Assembly: GCA_030390025.1 (NCBI GenBank)
Contig: CM059439.1
Coordinates: forward strand, 75,640,001 to 75,704,000
Length of the DNA: 64,000 nt
Direction: 5' to 3'
DNA from: Squalus acanthias
Taxonomy: Eukaryota
This document shows, one piece after another, positions 1 through 12,021 of the stretch; the first letter of the stretch is position 1, and every line of letters starts with the position of its first letter. A model generated the notes under the pieces. The model was not told the origin of the DNA and made no database searches. It saw nothing but the letters and a program-made list of their open reading frames with translations. A program made the translations under genes and the position numbers.

Positions 1-24
1 TGTGTCTTTATTGTGTCTAACACT

Positions 25-265
25 TGGCCCATGTGATCTCATGGACTGGTTTTGATCGCCTGAGGGGGTTGGAGAGGAATTTTCCAGACTATTTTTTCCC
101 TTATTGGTCATGGTTTTTTGCCGCTCCTAGGAGATGACATACCTGCGAGGGCAGTGGGGGGAGGGAAGAAGTGTCTAGTCATGATGCTCCGGTTATCATG
201 GTGCGGGGCAAACTTGATGGATGAGCTGGTCTTTTCCTATCCGTTAATTTTGCATGTTCGTATAG
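25..265 (+). mobile_element. 3' UTR/tail fragment of a CR1-type LINE or derived SINE
   Basis: Ends in GGGGCAAACTTGATGGATGAGCTGGTCTTTTCCT...; related sequence recurs at ~31175-31230 (+) and ~46300-46512 (-). Confidence 0.55.
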
Positions 266-1278
266 TTATCCAATCTGGATTATTTGTGGAAATAAATCTG
301 AATTTGTCGTGTATCCCCTATATAGTACCAATATTGTCCTGTACTTTGTTACCAAAGCCATGCAGTATTCAGAAATCCTCTTTACCCGATATTGTGCACC
401 CTCAGGTCCAACACTGCTCTTTGCTTCACTAAATTACATTAACAAGCTACACTCCCAAGTGGTTGAACAATGCCATGCAATAAGCTACAGCCAGCACCAG
501 TAATCAATTCTAAACCAGCTGTCATAAATGATATATCTAGAATATTAACATTTTTGCAAATGGCACACATTTCTTGTAAGCACATCACTTCCTGTCACAC
601 TTTAGCAAATCCTCTGACTCACCATGAGTGACAGGAGATCAGCTGCTATATTCTTAAAACCAAAGCCAAAAGGCCTAGCAGGGAAACAAGGGAGGAATTG
701 AAATCCTGAATTTCCTCGAAATGAAACCCACTCAAACCTTTGTTCTCACTATTTCTCACAAGCCCTTAATTCGATTAGTCCTTCGTAACTGGCAGTCAGC
801 CAGCCATCTATAACATTTAAAAACACACATTATTCAGTCAACTTTGTTGAGTATAATGTAGCATTTGGTTTGCCATTCTAGTTTTGAAATATTCAATGAG
901 TCAAGCATTTGCAGCGCTGTGGTCTTATGACAATGATTATTAATTTATATTTAAAAAAACCTGCCAGAAACAGGGAATACAATGCTGTACGTATGAGGAA
1001 CTGTATCCTAGCACAAAGTCTCAACACCATTGCCATGGAGTCGTTATTCATTCCCTTTGCTTATAAGAAACAAAGCTGCCCCACCCTCACTAACAAAACA
1101 ACGCCCCAGCCAAAGGACAGAGTCACAGTTGAAAGAAAATATGTTCATCAGATCTACTGTAGATTTACACCAACAGAAGACCAGCATTTGGAATAAATTT
1201 CATATTTCAGATGAATCAAGAGAGACAACAATGAGAAGAACCAAGAGCCAAGAAAGAAAATCGCTGAAGCTTAGCTGG

Positions 1279-1300
1279 GTCTCCCAGTAACAGGTAAACA
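1279..1300 (+). promoter_or_regulatory. Candidate RFX X-box plus forkhead site overlapping a splice donor; possible end of the non-coding first exon of APOBEC4
   Basis: GTCTCCCAGTAAC (1279-1291) resembles the 13-bp X-box. GTAAACA (1294-1300) is a forkhead core, and CAG|GTAAAC is a plausible donor. It lies in non-repetitive sequence 5.9 kb upstream of the CDS. Confidence 0.35.
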
Positions 1301-2255
1301 TTTGCAATATACTACACGCTGGAGAATTTAGATTTTCACCTCCAAGTCTTTCATCATTCTAATTCTGTGTCCAACTGTTTTATATTCAGATCAATGAATG
1401 TCACAAGAACTTATTAATACAGACTCCAGCCTTCACAGCTGCACTTTTGAGAGTCAAAATGTTGAGAAATATTTGTGTAGCACAACTTTGCTATAAATTC
1501 TGGAAATGAAGCATTGGATATTTACATTTGTTTTGTGCAAATTTGTTTTTCATATTTTGCATTTCAATGCTACAAAATTGTATTAGAAATTCCAGTTGAT
1601 GAAACTATCTCCTCTTACTACTGCACATAAAACCTATGCATTTGTAGTTGTGAGTCCGCGTTTAAAACTAACGCAGCCACTGACTACTTATTAATTCTCT
1701 CAATGGAGGTGAACAGAGGGTTGCCAACTCTGATTGGATGTGTTCCTGGAAGTTTCATCACATGATCGCCCGCCTCCAACCACCCCACTCGGTCAAACAG
1801 CTTCCCACCCTCTTCAGTGCTCTATGTGCCAGGGAGAGTAAAAATCAGAGTGGGATCAGCCTAAGCTAGGATACCTGAAATGGTTCAATCACCTGCCAAC
1901 ATTGATTGCGAAGGCTCACCGATAAATAAAAGGTCACTTGGGCAATGTACTAGAGTGCCACCGGCACTCGTGAAAGCTAAACCTAGCAAAAGGAACCAAA
2001 ACATTCAAGAGCCAGAGGGAGGGGAACAAATTGCTTCGTAAAGTAAAGTTGCAACCTATCTAAATAGGTAGTCAGATTGAAATCATGGAGATATTTAATG
2101 CTAACATTTGATCCCAATCTAATCATGTGAACTGCAAAGGATAGAATGGATGTATTAGCTTCAGCCATGTCATTTTTCTATTTATATTGCAGCACATTTA
2201 TTAAGTGCTAACAGTCATGTCTCTGGCGAGGTTCCATCCCTGGCCCCCTCCTATT

Positions 2256-5200
2256 ACATAGAATATACAGCATAGAAACAGGCCATTCGGCCCAACTAGC
2301 CTGTGTTTATACGCCACACGAGTCTCCTCCCATTCCATCTACCTCATCTCAGCCTTTCAGTATCTTTCTATTCCCTTTTCTGTCATGTACTCATCTAGTT
2401 TCCTTTTGAAAGCATCTGAAGTATTTGCCTCAAGCACTTCCTGTGGTAGCAAATTCCACATTCTAGCCACTCACTGAATAAAGACATTTCTCCTCATTTC
2501 CCTATTGGATTTAATAGTAAATCTCTTGTATTTATGGCCCCTAGTTTTGGATTCTCCCCACAAGTGGAAACATTCTCTCCACATCTACCCTGTCCAACCC
2601 ATTCATAATTTTAAAGACCTCAATCAAGTCACCTCCAAGTCTCTCTTCTAAAGAAAAAAGCCTCAACTTGTTCAATCTTTCCCTGATAGTTGTAATCTCT
2701 CAGTTCTGGTCCCATTCTTGTAAATCTTTTTGCACTTTCTCCAGTGCTTCAATGTCCTTTTTATAGTATGGAGACCAGAACTGTGCACAGTACGGCCTGA
2801 CCAGGGTCCTATACAAGTTTAACATAACTTCACTACTTTTGAATTCTATACCCCTAGAAATAAATCCCAGTGCTTTGGTAGCATTTTTAATTGCTTTGCT
2901 AACCTGAGATGCTGCTTTTAATGATTTTTCAATTATATCCCTAGATCTCTTTGCTCTTCTACCCCATTCAGGTTTCTGAATTTCTAAGGTGTAGGTGATG
3001 TTTCTGTTTTTCCTACCAAAGTGCGTTGCCTCACATTTATCTATGTTAAAGTTAATTTGCCACTTAACTGCCCAGTCTGGAAGTTTTCTAATGTCTTTTT
3101 ATATTATTATGTTGCATTCTTCCGCAGTGTTAGCTATACACCCCCCAGTTTGGTATCATCTGCAAATTTTGTTCGAGTTACTTGATCCCAAGTCTGAATC
3201 ATTAATGTAAATTATGAACAACAGTGGTCCCAGCACTGATCCTCGTGGAACACTGCTTTCTACCCATCTCCAATCTGAATAACTACCATTTACCCCTACT
3301 CCCTTGCTTTCTATTTTTTTAGCCTATCCATTCAGCTACGAGTCATCCCCTTACTCCACATGCCCTAATCTTTGTCATGAGCCTACCGTGTGGTACCTCA
3401 TCAAAGGCCTTTTGAAAATCCAAGTATATGGCATCTACTGCATTACCCTGGTCTACTTTTTCCGTTACCTTTACAAAGAATTCTATCAGGTTAGTTAAGC
3501 ATGATTTAGCCTTTTGGAATCCATGCTGACTATTTACTATTATTTTCGGTCTCTAGATGCTCTTCTATCCCTTCTTTTAGTATAGATTCCAGTATCTTTC
3601 TGATCACTGACGTTAAGTCTATAGTTTCCAGGTTTTGTTCCATCTCCCTTTTTTATATAGGGACATGATTAGCTGTCCGCTAGTGCTCTGGCAGTATCCT
3701 CTCAGATCGATCGACTATTTATCGATCTATCAATCGACTATCTGACTATCTATCTATAGTGCCTCTGCCAGCTCCTCCCTAGCTTCCTTGAGATGCGTGG
3801 GTGCACACCAGTCAGACCTGGGTTTTATCCTCTTTAGTTTTGTTAGTTTGTCAATTATTTTCTCCCTTTTAATCCCAACTGTATTAATATTCTGTTTAAG
3901 CCCATCCTCTAGTGAAGTGTATTTTATTATATTCTTTAGTAAAAACTGAGGCAAAGTATACTTGTCATTTTTCTGTCATTACTGTTTTTCTGTCTTTTTT
4001 CCCACAAAAAAATGTTCTCCCAGTTTACCTTAGTTAGTTCCACCCTCATTTCCTCATAAATTTGCTCTTTTCCAATCTATTACCTTAGTGTTATAGTCCT
4101 ACTTATGTCACTCTCTATCCTAATCTTAAACCTTACTACCAAGATGCTCTCCTTTCTCCTCTCTGTTCTGGTTCATTAAGCATTACAAGATCCAGCAGCG
4201 ATTTTTTCTTGTTCGACGTCTTATGTACCGAGTGAGAAAGGAGTCCCGTATACACTGTAAAAACTCAATTCCCCTTTCACTACTTACTGTTTATTTGGGG
4301 GTAGTTGAAATTTTCCATGATTATTATTCTATGCCTGTTACTCATCTCAGAGCTGCCTACATATTTCTTCCTCCAATTCCCTTCTATAGCATACCCCTAT
4401 TAGGGTGATGGATTCCTTCTCCTCTTAACTCAATCCATATGGATTCTGTATCTATTTTACTGCTAGTTACATACATTTTTCTCTCCTGCCATTACATTAT
4501 CTTTAACTAGTACAGCTACTCCACCTCCCCTTTCCTTCTTAAAAAGGCATTGTATCTGGCAATATTTAGTGTCAATCCTGTTCTCTATGTAGGGATGTTT
4601 CAGTCATCCCAACATCTGGATCCTCTACAAATTATTGCCTCCAGTTCAACCATTTTGTTTTGAATACTATGTGCATTGCTCTAACAGTTTAAATTGATTT
4701 TATTTCTTATTCCTCTCTTTGTTTTTAGTTATTTTACCTTTATGTTCTATGACCTCATCTGATCTCTGGCCATTCACGTTATCGTTATTCCTTCCTTTAG
4801 TTTGTCCTTTACTCTCTTTTCCTTATTTTATTGTTAGGTTTCTGTCATTTCTAGCCGTTCTCTCTCTTTCCCCCCCAACGTTATTGGTTTAAAGTCTTAT
4901 TTACAGCCCTAGTTATCCTTTTCACTAGGACCTTGGTCCCAGCCCGGTTCAGATGCAGCCCACCCCAATGGTACAGCTCCTTCCTGTCCCAGTACCCCAT
5001 GAAATGGAACCAATCATTCCCACACTATTCTTTTAGCCACATGTTGACTTTCCTAATCTGTTTGTCCCTATGCCAATTTGCACTCCGTCAGGTAACGATA
5101 GAGATTACCAGTGAGGTCCTGCTTTTCAATTTAGCTCCCAACTCCTGATACTCCCTTAGCAGGACCTCTTCCCTAACCTTTCCTATGTTGTTGACACTGA

Positions 5201-5390
5201 CATGGAGCACAACAACTGGATCCTCCCCCTCCCTTTCCAGATTTGTTGCAGCCGTTGAGGTACCTTACTCGGGCAACACACCATTCAGAACTCTCGTTCC
5301 AGACTTCAAAAGAATACTACCTATCCCCCTAATGATAGAATCCCCGGTAACTACAGCCTTTCTACTCTGCACCTCTTCCCCTTGGACTGC
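2256..5390 (-). mobile_element. Old, long, decayed CR1 LINE (ORF1 esterase remnant, ORF2 remnants, 3' tail)
   Basis: CR1 3' end at ~2256-2300. RT-like remnants run through 2400-3950. The minus strand near 5310-5355 reads VVTGDSIIRGI (GDS motif of the SGNH esterase in CR1 ORF1). Many stops and deletions. Confidence 0.8.
3704..3760. repeat. Degenerate (ATCG/ATCT)n microsatellite within the CR1
   Basis: gatcgatcgactatttatcgatctatcaatcgactatctgactatctatctat. Confidence 0.7.
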
Positions 5391-5534
5391 TGGGATAATT
5401 ATTGGACTGTTATTGTGCAGTTATGAATGAGCTAGAACTTACTCCAACTAAACATTTGCAGTATTTAAGCCACCTTATTTAGTTCCCACCACAAAAACAT
5501 TCTTCCCATCACTCCAATTCAGTCTCTGTCCGCA

Positions 5535-6040
5535 GAGGCGGAATCCAACCTTGGTGTCCTTCTTGACTTTGAGCCGAGCTGCGAACTCCACATTTAGTTC
5601 ATCACCAAGACAGTCCATTGCCACCTACGAAGTAAATCACCTACTTCTGTCCCTACCTCACTTCCAACACCACCGAAACACTCATGCTGGTCTTTGTCAC
5701 AGCCAGGGTCTACATCTCCAATGGTTTGCCAGCTGGCCTCCCGAACACCACCTCAAATACCCAGCTCATTTAGCACTGTACTGTCCACATCCTATCCCAC
5801 CACTCGCCACTGGCTTTTCACATGCCAACAGATTATTTGCAGAATCATTTGCAAATCAATCCTTCATCTCCCTCCATCCTACTTCTGCAGTCTCGTGTCC
5901 CAGTTCACACTCTACACCATCTTTGGTGGCAAAGCCTTCAGCCATCATGGCTGCGTATTCTAGAACTCTCTTCCCAAGCCCTTCTCCCTAGGCTCATCTC
6001 TCCTCACCTTCAAAAGTTTCCTCAAAACCTGTATAAGTAA
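5535..6040 (+). mobile_element. L2-type LINE 3' fragment, decayed
   Basis: C/T-rich remnant similar to the 3' part of the L2 at 22795-24175. Confidence 0.6.
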
Positions 6041-7039
6041 TTATTAAGCATTGTGTGCGGCATAAAAAGAAAATGTCAGAACAGAAAAATGCCCATGCTT
6101 TTAGAGGGATACGCCAGATGTTCTGGATTAGAGATTAAACAAACCCTTACCTTGCAATTAGTACAGATAGCAGCAATTTTCCTCAATACTCATTTTAAAA
6201 AATCCAATACAGACAATCGGCAAGCTAAGAGATAAAGTCCAAAAACCTTTTAAAAAGTTTCACTGGATGTACATATTGTGAATTTGGAAACCATTTACAA
6301 CAATCAGAAACTTGGTGAAGGTGACAGAGAAGCTGTGCAAGGCACAGTCATCATTCCAGAGATCCATCGCTTGTGCTGAAGTAACTGAATGACCAATGAT
6401 GCCAGCACCAATCAGGAAAATAGACAAGCGTTACTTTTCAATTCAACATTAACTTGAAAAAAATCTTGCCTTTAGGACACATGCACACACATATCCCTCA
6501 GGCACAATCCTTTAATACCAAAAGATAATTCATATTTAAAATATTTATTTAAAAATTCCTGGAAACATAAGCACTCTACTACAGCAACTTCAGTCTGGTT
6601 ATACTATTCCAGTGAATACAGATTGCATTATTGTTTAAAAGGATGGAGTTAGTAAAGCTAGCTGGAATCAAACATTCTTTTCACCAACAGTGTAGAGACA
6701 AATTAGGAAGTTCTGAAAGCTTGACCTACCTACAACCTTGTAATATTTTGGGATATTTTCCTGTATGGCCTGGAGGGGAGCTTATTTTAATTCAGGTTAT
6801 CAGACTGCTATCAAAGGTTAAATTTTTCTTACAAAGCATCAACTCCCAAATTGACACAAGGGGCTATATTACGATCACAGGTCATGTTACCATTTAAAGT
6901 AGATATTGGACAGTAAAAGATGTAAATCATTGGGGTTAGGGCTCAACTTACAGGAGTGATCAATGATGCGGAGCTGGAGAATATCTACTGTAGACTGATA
7001 ATTGTAACACCCGACTTTTCTCTTTACTGATGTTAATTG

Positions 7040-7092
7040 ACCTGCCATTTTCTGTTTTTATTTCAGATTTCCAACATTTACAGTTTTTCCTT
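7040..7092 (+). mobile_element. Short remnant of the Penelope-like family seen at 9078-9324
   Basis: CATTTTCTGTTTTTATTTCAGATTTCCAACATTTACAGT matches 9272-9310. Confidence 0.6.
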
Positions 7093-7214
7093 CTTCATTG
7101 ATCCCTTTTATCCCACCTTTGTGTTGACTGCAATAGAGTACCCTTAAAGGATTATGATGTTGCATTGAAATTGTTCCTTCCAAATGGACATGGTGAGCTG
7201 AACTAACCAACATC

Positions 7215-8342
7215 ATGACTACTACTTATGAAGAATATATTGCTCCTCAGGGAACACTGGTGAAACCTTACTACTGGTTGTGTTTCACGGAAAGCTGTCC
7301 AAAATGCCCGTATCACATCAAAACTGGGGAAGAAGCACGCGTTTCCTACATCGAATTTTATGAAACTTTTGGGTTTCCCTATGCTCAGCCACAGTCTGGC
7401 AGGCATCTGGTCTTCTATGAACTAAAACTATCATCTGGTAATTTAGTGCAGAAAGGACAAGTAACTAACTGTACTTCATACCACCTTCATCCAGAATCCA
7501 TGTTCTTTGATATAGATGGCTATCTGGATACACTCATGTACTCCTATGAAAACATTGCTTATATTACCATCTACTCCAATTACACCCCATGTAATGAAAG
7601 AGTCCACTACTGCATAAACAAAATTTATGATTTCCTGGTAAATTATCCCAGCACTAGGTTGGATATTTATTTCTCTGCACTCTATCATATTGACGATTAC
7701 TTTTCTGAATCTGGATGGAATAGAGAAGCTCTCCACAACTTGGCAGCACTTTGGCCGAGGGTAACCCTCAATCCCATTAGTAGTGGGACGTGGCTAACTA
7801 TTCTGCACAGGTTTGTGAACGGTGTGCCTCGGACAACACTTTACAACCCAATTTCGCCTGAAAGAGCTTTTGCGGACCTGAGCAATGCCCATCAGATAGT
7901 TGCCATCACCGGAGTTAACCCTTCTTACACAGACGTCGCACCCCATGTAGAGGTCGCACCCCGAGTAAAACAACAACATCAAAAGCAACATTTTAAACCA
8001 GCACATGTGAACTTGTATCCCTTTGCACAAGCACCACTGCCAGTTACGAATAGAATGGCATTAATGGCTCCACACCAACCATACATGAATCTTCCAAACA
8101 TGTTGGCATTGCCATCGTCTATGTACCCATTTCAACCACAGAACATTAAACCGAAGAATGTTGTGAGACACCTGAACATGCCCGACCCGTCCAAATGGAA
8201 AACACCAGCAACCCCATCACCACGCAATGTGCAAATAACTGAATTGGTCGAAATTTTTGAAGTTCCTGTAAAGAAAAGACCAAACAATTCAAAGCAACAG
8301 AGGAAGTCAGGGAAAAAGGGAAAATCTAAAAGAAGGGATTAG
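7215..8342 (+). CDS. APOBEC4: APOBEC4, putative zinc-dependent cytidine deaminase family member (375 aa, single coding exon)
   Basis: Translation matches the vertebrate APOBEC4 pattern throughout: YEEY..GTLVKPYYW, CxxCPYHIKTGEEARVS, HPE zinc ligand, PC-x6-C (TPCNERVHYC), WNREAL..LA.LWPRV, KP.NVVRHLNMP and a Lys-rich C-terminus. There is an in-frame upstream stop (TGA 7194) and an A at -3 of the ATG. Confidence 0.96.
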   Translation: MTTTYEEYIAPQGTLVKPYYWLCFTESCPKCPYHIKTGEEARVSYIEFYETFGFPYAQPQSGRHLVFYELKLSSGNLVQKGQVTNCTSYHLHPESMFFDIDGYLDTLMYSYENIAYITIYSNYTPCNERVHYCINKIYDFLVNYPSTRLDIYFSALYHIDDYFSESGWNREALHNLAALWPRVTLNPISSGTWLTILHRFVNGVPRTTLYNPISPERAFADLSNAHQIVAITGVNPSYTDVAPHVEVAPRVKQQHQKQHFKPAHVNLYPFAQAPLPVTNRMALMAPHQPYMNLPNMLALPSSMYPFQPQNIKPKNVVRHLNMPDPSKWKTPATPSPRNVQITELVEIFEVPVKKRPNNSKQQRKSGKKGKSKRRD

Positions 8343-9141
8343 CTGACAAAAACAGCTCTTTTAAACTGGTAGGAATCTCTGAACCAAAGTAAGACCCCAT
8401 TTAGACAGCACTAAGGATCACTATTTGGCTTAATATATTCCACCATCATAAACTTTGCATAGGAAATACAATAGGAATAAGCCATTCAGCCCATCAACCC
8501 TATTCAATCATTTTGGTTAGCCATGGCAGCTTCAATTTTTAATCCCAGTTCCTTCCCTTTTCGCCCCATCCCATAATACCCTCATTTCCCAAACATTGGT
8601 CTCCAGAACAGATGAACTCATTTTGCACCCGTGGTCTGTCTCCGGGTGCAGTGCATTCCACATTCTGAAGAAGTTTTTCCTGGAATCATTTTTGATGAAC
8701 TTTGCTTGAATTTCCATGAGTATCTCCCCTTGTTTCTGGATTCTCATACCAGAAACAACAGTTATTCCTCCCCATCTCTCCATTAAACCAAATCACTCCT
8801 TAACCTCCTTATCTCCAGGAAATACAATCCAAATCTGTCCAATCCTAATTTAGTCTTCACCCTGATCCCAAGTATCATGCAGGTGAATTGTCTTTCTCGG
8901 AGGCCAGTATATTCTTCGGGTGAGGTGTCCAAAACTGAACACAATATTCCAGGTCTTACAAATACTCTAAAACTGCAGTAGCACTTACTTGTTTTTATAT
9001 TCTATAACCTATTTATGTTGAGTCTATCATCCCATTAGCCTTTTTGATCAATTTTGCACTCCCAAGCTAGCTTATAATGAAATAAAAACAGAAAATGCTG
9101 GAAATACTCCAGGTCAGGCAGCATCTGTGGAGAGAGAAACA

Positions 9142-9180
9142 GAGTTAACGTTTCAGCTCGGTGACCTTTCATCAGAACTC
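9142..9180 (-). ncRNA. Minimal type-I hammerhead ribozyme motif
   Basis: Minus strand reads GAGTT CTGATGA A AGGTC-ACC-GAGCT GAAA CG TT AACTC: stem I GAGTT/AACTC, conserved core, palindromic AACGTT stem III, one mismatch in stem II. Confidence 0.7.
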
Positions 9181-9189
9181 AAAACACCA

Positions 9190-9225
9190 TTCTGACGAAA
9201 GGTCATCGACCTGAAACGTTAACTC
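9190..9225 (+). ncRNA. Minimal hammerhead ribozyme motif with truncated stem I
   Basis: TT CTGACGA A AGGTC-ATC-GACCT GAAA CGTT AACTC; only 2 bp of stem I remain in cis. Confidence 0.55.
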
Positions 9226-11299
9226 TGTTTCTCTCTCCACAGATGCTGCCTGACCTGCTGAGTATTTCCAGCATTTTCTGTTTTTATTTCAGATTTCCAG
9301 CATCTGCAGTATTTTGCTTTTGTACTAGCTTATAACATACCTTGACCCTCAAATCCTTTCCTAACCTACCATCCCAGCACTTCATTTTTATTATACTCCC
9401 ACCTGCCATTCTTGCATATGTGTACCACCTCACACCACATTAAACTGTCTCGGCCATCATTCTGCCCACTTGTTTAGTCTTTAAATGCTCTTTTGCAATT
9501 TTTACTCTTCACAATTCATTATACCGACTAGTCAAGTATCATGAGGTGAGCACTGATCTCTGAGGGACACCACTTGCCCTCCAAGAATGCTCTTTATCCC
9601 AGCTTACTACCTTCTAACTCAGCCTCATGTCATGGGTAGGAAATTGGTCATCACCAATGCCACAGGTTTTAGTTTCAGCTCGCAATCTCTTGGGTGGAAC
9701 CACATCAAATCAGTTCTGAACATCCATGTACATGACATCCATTGATCATCTGTCCACCACCTCAGTGGCTGTTGAGGACCTCTATTAGGTTAGTTAGACA
9801 AGCCCTACTTTTCCTAAAACCATGCCACCTCTCCCTAATCAGCTTATACCTATCCATGCACTTACTTGCGGTCTCTGATGATGGATTCTAGTAATTTCTC
9901 CACTACTGACAAACTCACTGGCCTACAGTAGATTGGGTTGTCCCTCCTCTTGATTAAAAGGTTTAAAATTTCATATCTTCCAATCCTCTGGTCTGATGCA
10001 CAAATCCAGCAACCTTTGGAAGACTGTTAATAAATCACCAAGTATTTTGCTTTTTTAAAGTTGTGATTCAGAATTCATTTTAATATATTCACCAAAAGCC
10101 GATGTCAGCACAACTTGGTTCAAAAGGCCCGACAGTATGAGGGAGAGGAGTTGAAATGGGGGAAAAAAGTCAACGTTGTGCCTGGGTAACTGACCATCTC
10201 CATTGATGTTAATTCACATTCTCCAGTGTCAGGCTTGGCAATTTGCCAATCTATGGTTTAGTTTGGAAAAGGAAGAATTGACAATGTATATCCAGAAAGT
10301 CTATACGGCAGGTGTTGGGACAATTTCAGAAACTTGTCATTTAGTGCAAATAAAACAATGAAAGGCAAGACCCACCTTATGTAAAACAAGATTTCATCGC
10401 ATCTCAAGAGGAGAAAGTTCATAGGAAACAGTTTTAAAATCCCAATTATTACATTTTGTTTCCTTAAGTTTCAAATCGGGGATAGACAGTCACAATTTCA
10501 AACAAGATTAAAAGAGAAGTTGCCAGCCAACTTATTTCAAAAGCTGTAATCCCACCTGAAGCATGTTTTGATTGAAATATTGCCAGTATTAATCAGATTA
10601 GACTTTGATTGTGAAAGTCAATTTAATGAGTGTTACAGGTTAATAAAATCAAAAGTTAATCTTCTTTCATTGTAACAAGTGCAGTTTAATTTTGTTATTT
10701 AAGTTTTCAAGCTGTGGGAAATATATGTAGTCTTAAAAAATAAATGGGAAGGCAAAAGAAATTTAAAAAAAGACCCTGTAACCAATGCTGCAAATTTTCT
10801 TTTGTACTTTAAATAGAGTCAGAGCAAAATGCAATGCAGATTCCAGATACATACAAGATGGAGGAGGGGTTACAAAACAGAATAAAATGTAAAATAAGAA
10901 AAGTACAACTCCATTTAAAAAACTGTTTTATACTTCTGCTAGCTTAGACTACAACCCAGCCTCACACCATAGTTTTGTTTTAAAATGTCATATGATGCTT
11001 GGCCAAAAAAAGTCCACAAACATTAAAATTGCTAAACTCACATTGTACCAACACTTAGTCATCCATCAACCAAACCACCCAGAGCATCAATGATCAATTA
11101 TATAAAGTCATCTGAATCATTGGGGTGATATGCAACACAATTACTCATCCATTATTTTATACATCGTTGCTGGGTATCGCCTGTTGGTATAGAAATCAAT
11201 TGGCTACAACCAACAGTGTGAGGTCATAAATACACATTTAAAAACAAAAAATAAAAATATTCCTGACTGGATATGGAATGCCGCAAATAAAATGTCACA

Positions 11300-11915
11300 A
11301 TGGGGCAGATTTTGCAGGCAGTGGCGAACGCCGTTCATTACACTTACATTTGCCCGCAGACTTTCTATGGGCTTTTGCACTGGAACTTGGTGATTAGAGG
11401 GCCATTTCAGCACAGCGCCCCCGACAGGGGATCTGGGAGCTGTGTGAAGAGGGCAAGCAACCATGCATCTCCTTAACCAATCAAATTGAATGATCGTTAA
11501 TGAGGCACACAGAGTCTGAACCAGGAAGTGTCAGTTAAAACATTGAATTCAACGCCAAATCATATACAGAAAGCAAAAGGGATAGATAGGGAGAGAGAGA
11601 GAAAGAGAAAAAGAGAAAGAGAAAGAGAAAGGAGAGAAAGAGAGAAAGAAGAGAGAGAAGACCAGGAAGTTAAAAACAATGCTATATTTAATTTAAAAAC
11701 AAATCTCCAACAACAATTAAAAACTGAAGGAATGAGACTCCACATTTGTAAAAGTTAATTTTCAGTGTCAGAGAGGTTGTTTGGCAGTAATCAAGACTTA
11801 TCACGGGATTAAAAGTTTACTTACAGTGGAACGTACAGGCGAGTTTTAGTGGGTATCTATCGCAAAAGTACAGCAACTTCAAGTCCTTCATGTATTTCAA
11901 TGCCAAGTCTCTTGG
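11300..11915 (+). mobile_element. Partial MITE-like DNA transposon related to the copies at 54178 and 61518
   Basis: Begins GGGGCAGATTTTGC. Shares the CCAATCA.ATTGAA...AACCAGGAA module and the GCAACTTCA motif. Contains a (GA)-rich tract at 11586-11660. Confidence 0.5.
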
Positions 11916-11954
11916 CTTCATTCTCGGGTCAGGTTCAATGCTGACTCCAGGTCA

Positions 11955-12021
11955 GGGTGCATTTACACAATACCCGGAGCATCAGTCACACCAACACTAC
12001 AACTGGAGTGTAAATGCACCC
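11955..12021. mobile_element. 67-bp mini inverted-repeat element
   Basis: Perfect 14-bp TIR GGGTGCATTTACAC / GTGTAAATGCACCC. Confidence 0.55.

Larger units (their letters stand above)
9078..9324 (+). mobile_element. Non-autonomous Penelope-like fold-back insertion (family A) with hammerhead motifs on both strands
   Basis: Inverted arms 9078-9177 and 9190-9291, unpaired ~33-nt tail, TSD CTAGCTTATAA at 9067-9077 and 9325-9335. Confidence 0.85.
8455..10030 (-). mobile_element. Highly decayed CR1-type LINE, interrupted by a Penelope-like hairpin
   Basis: CR1-like tail at ~8455-8500. Recognisable RT-region remnants include GTCCAAAACTGAACACAATATTCCAG and GGAACCACATCAAA..TTCTGAACATCCATGTA. Confidence 0.6.
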
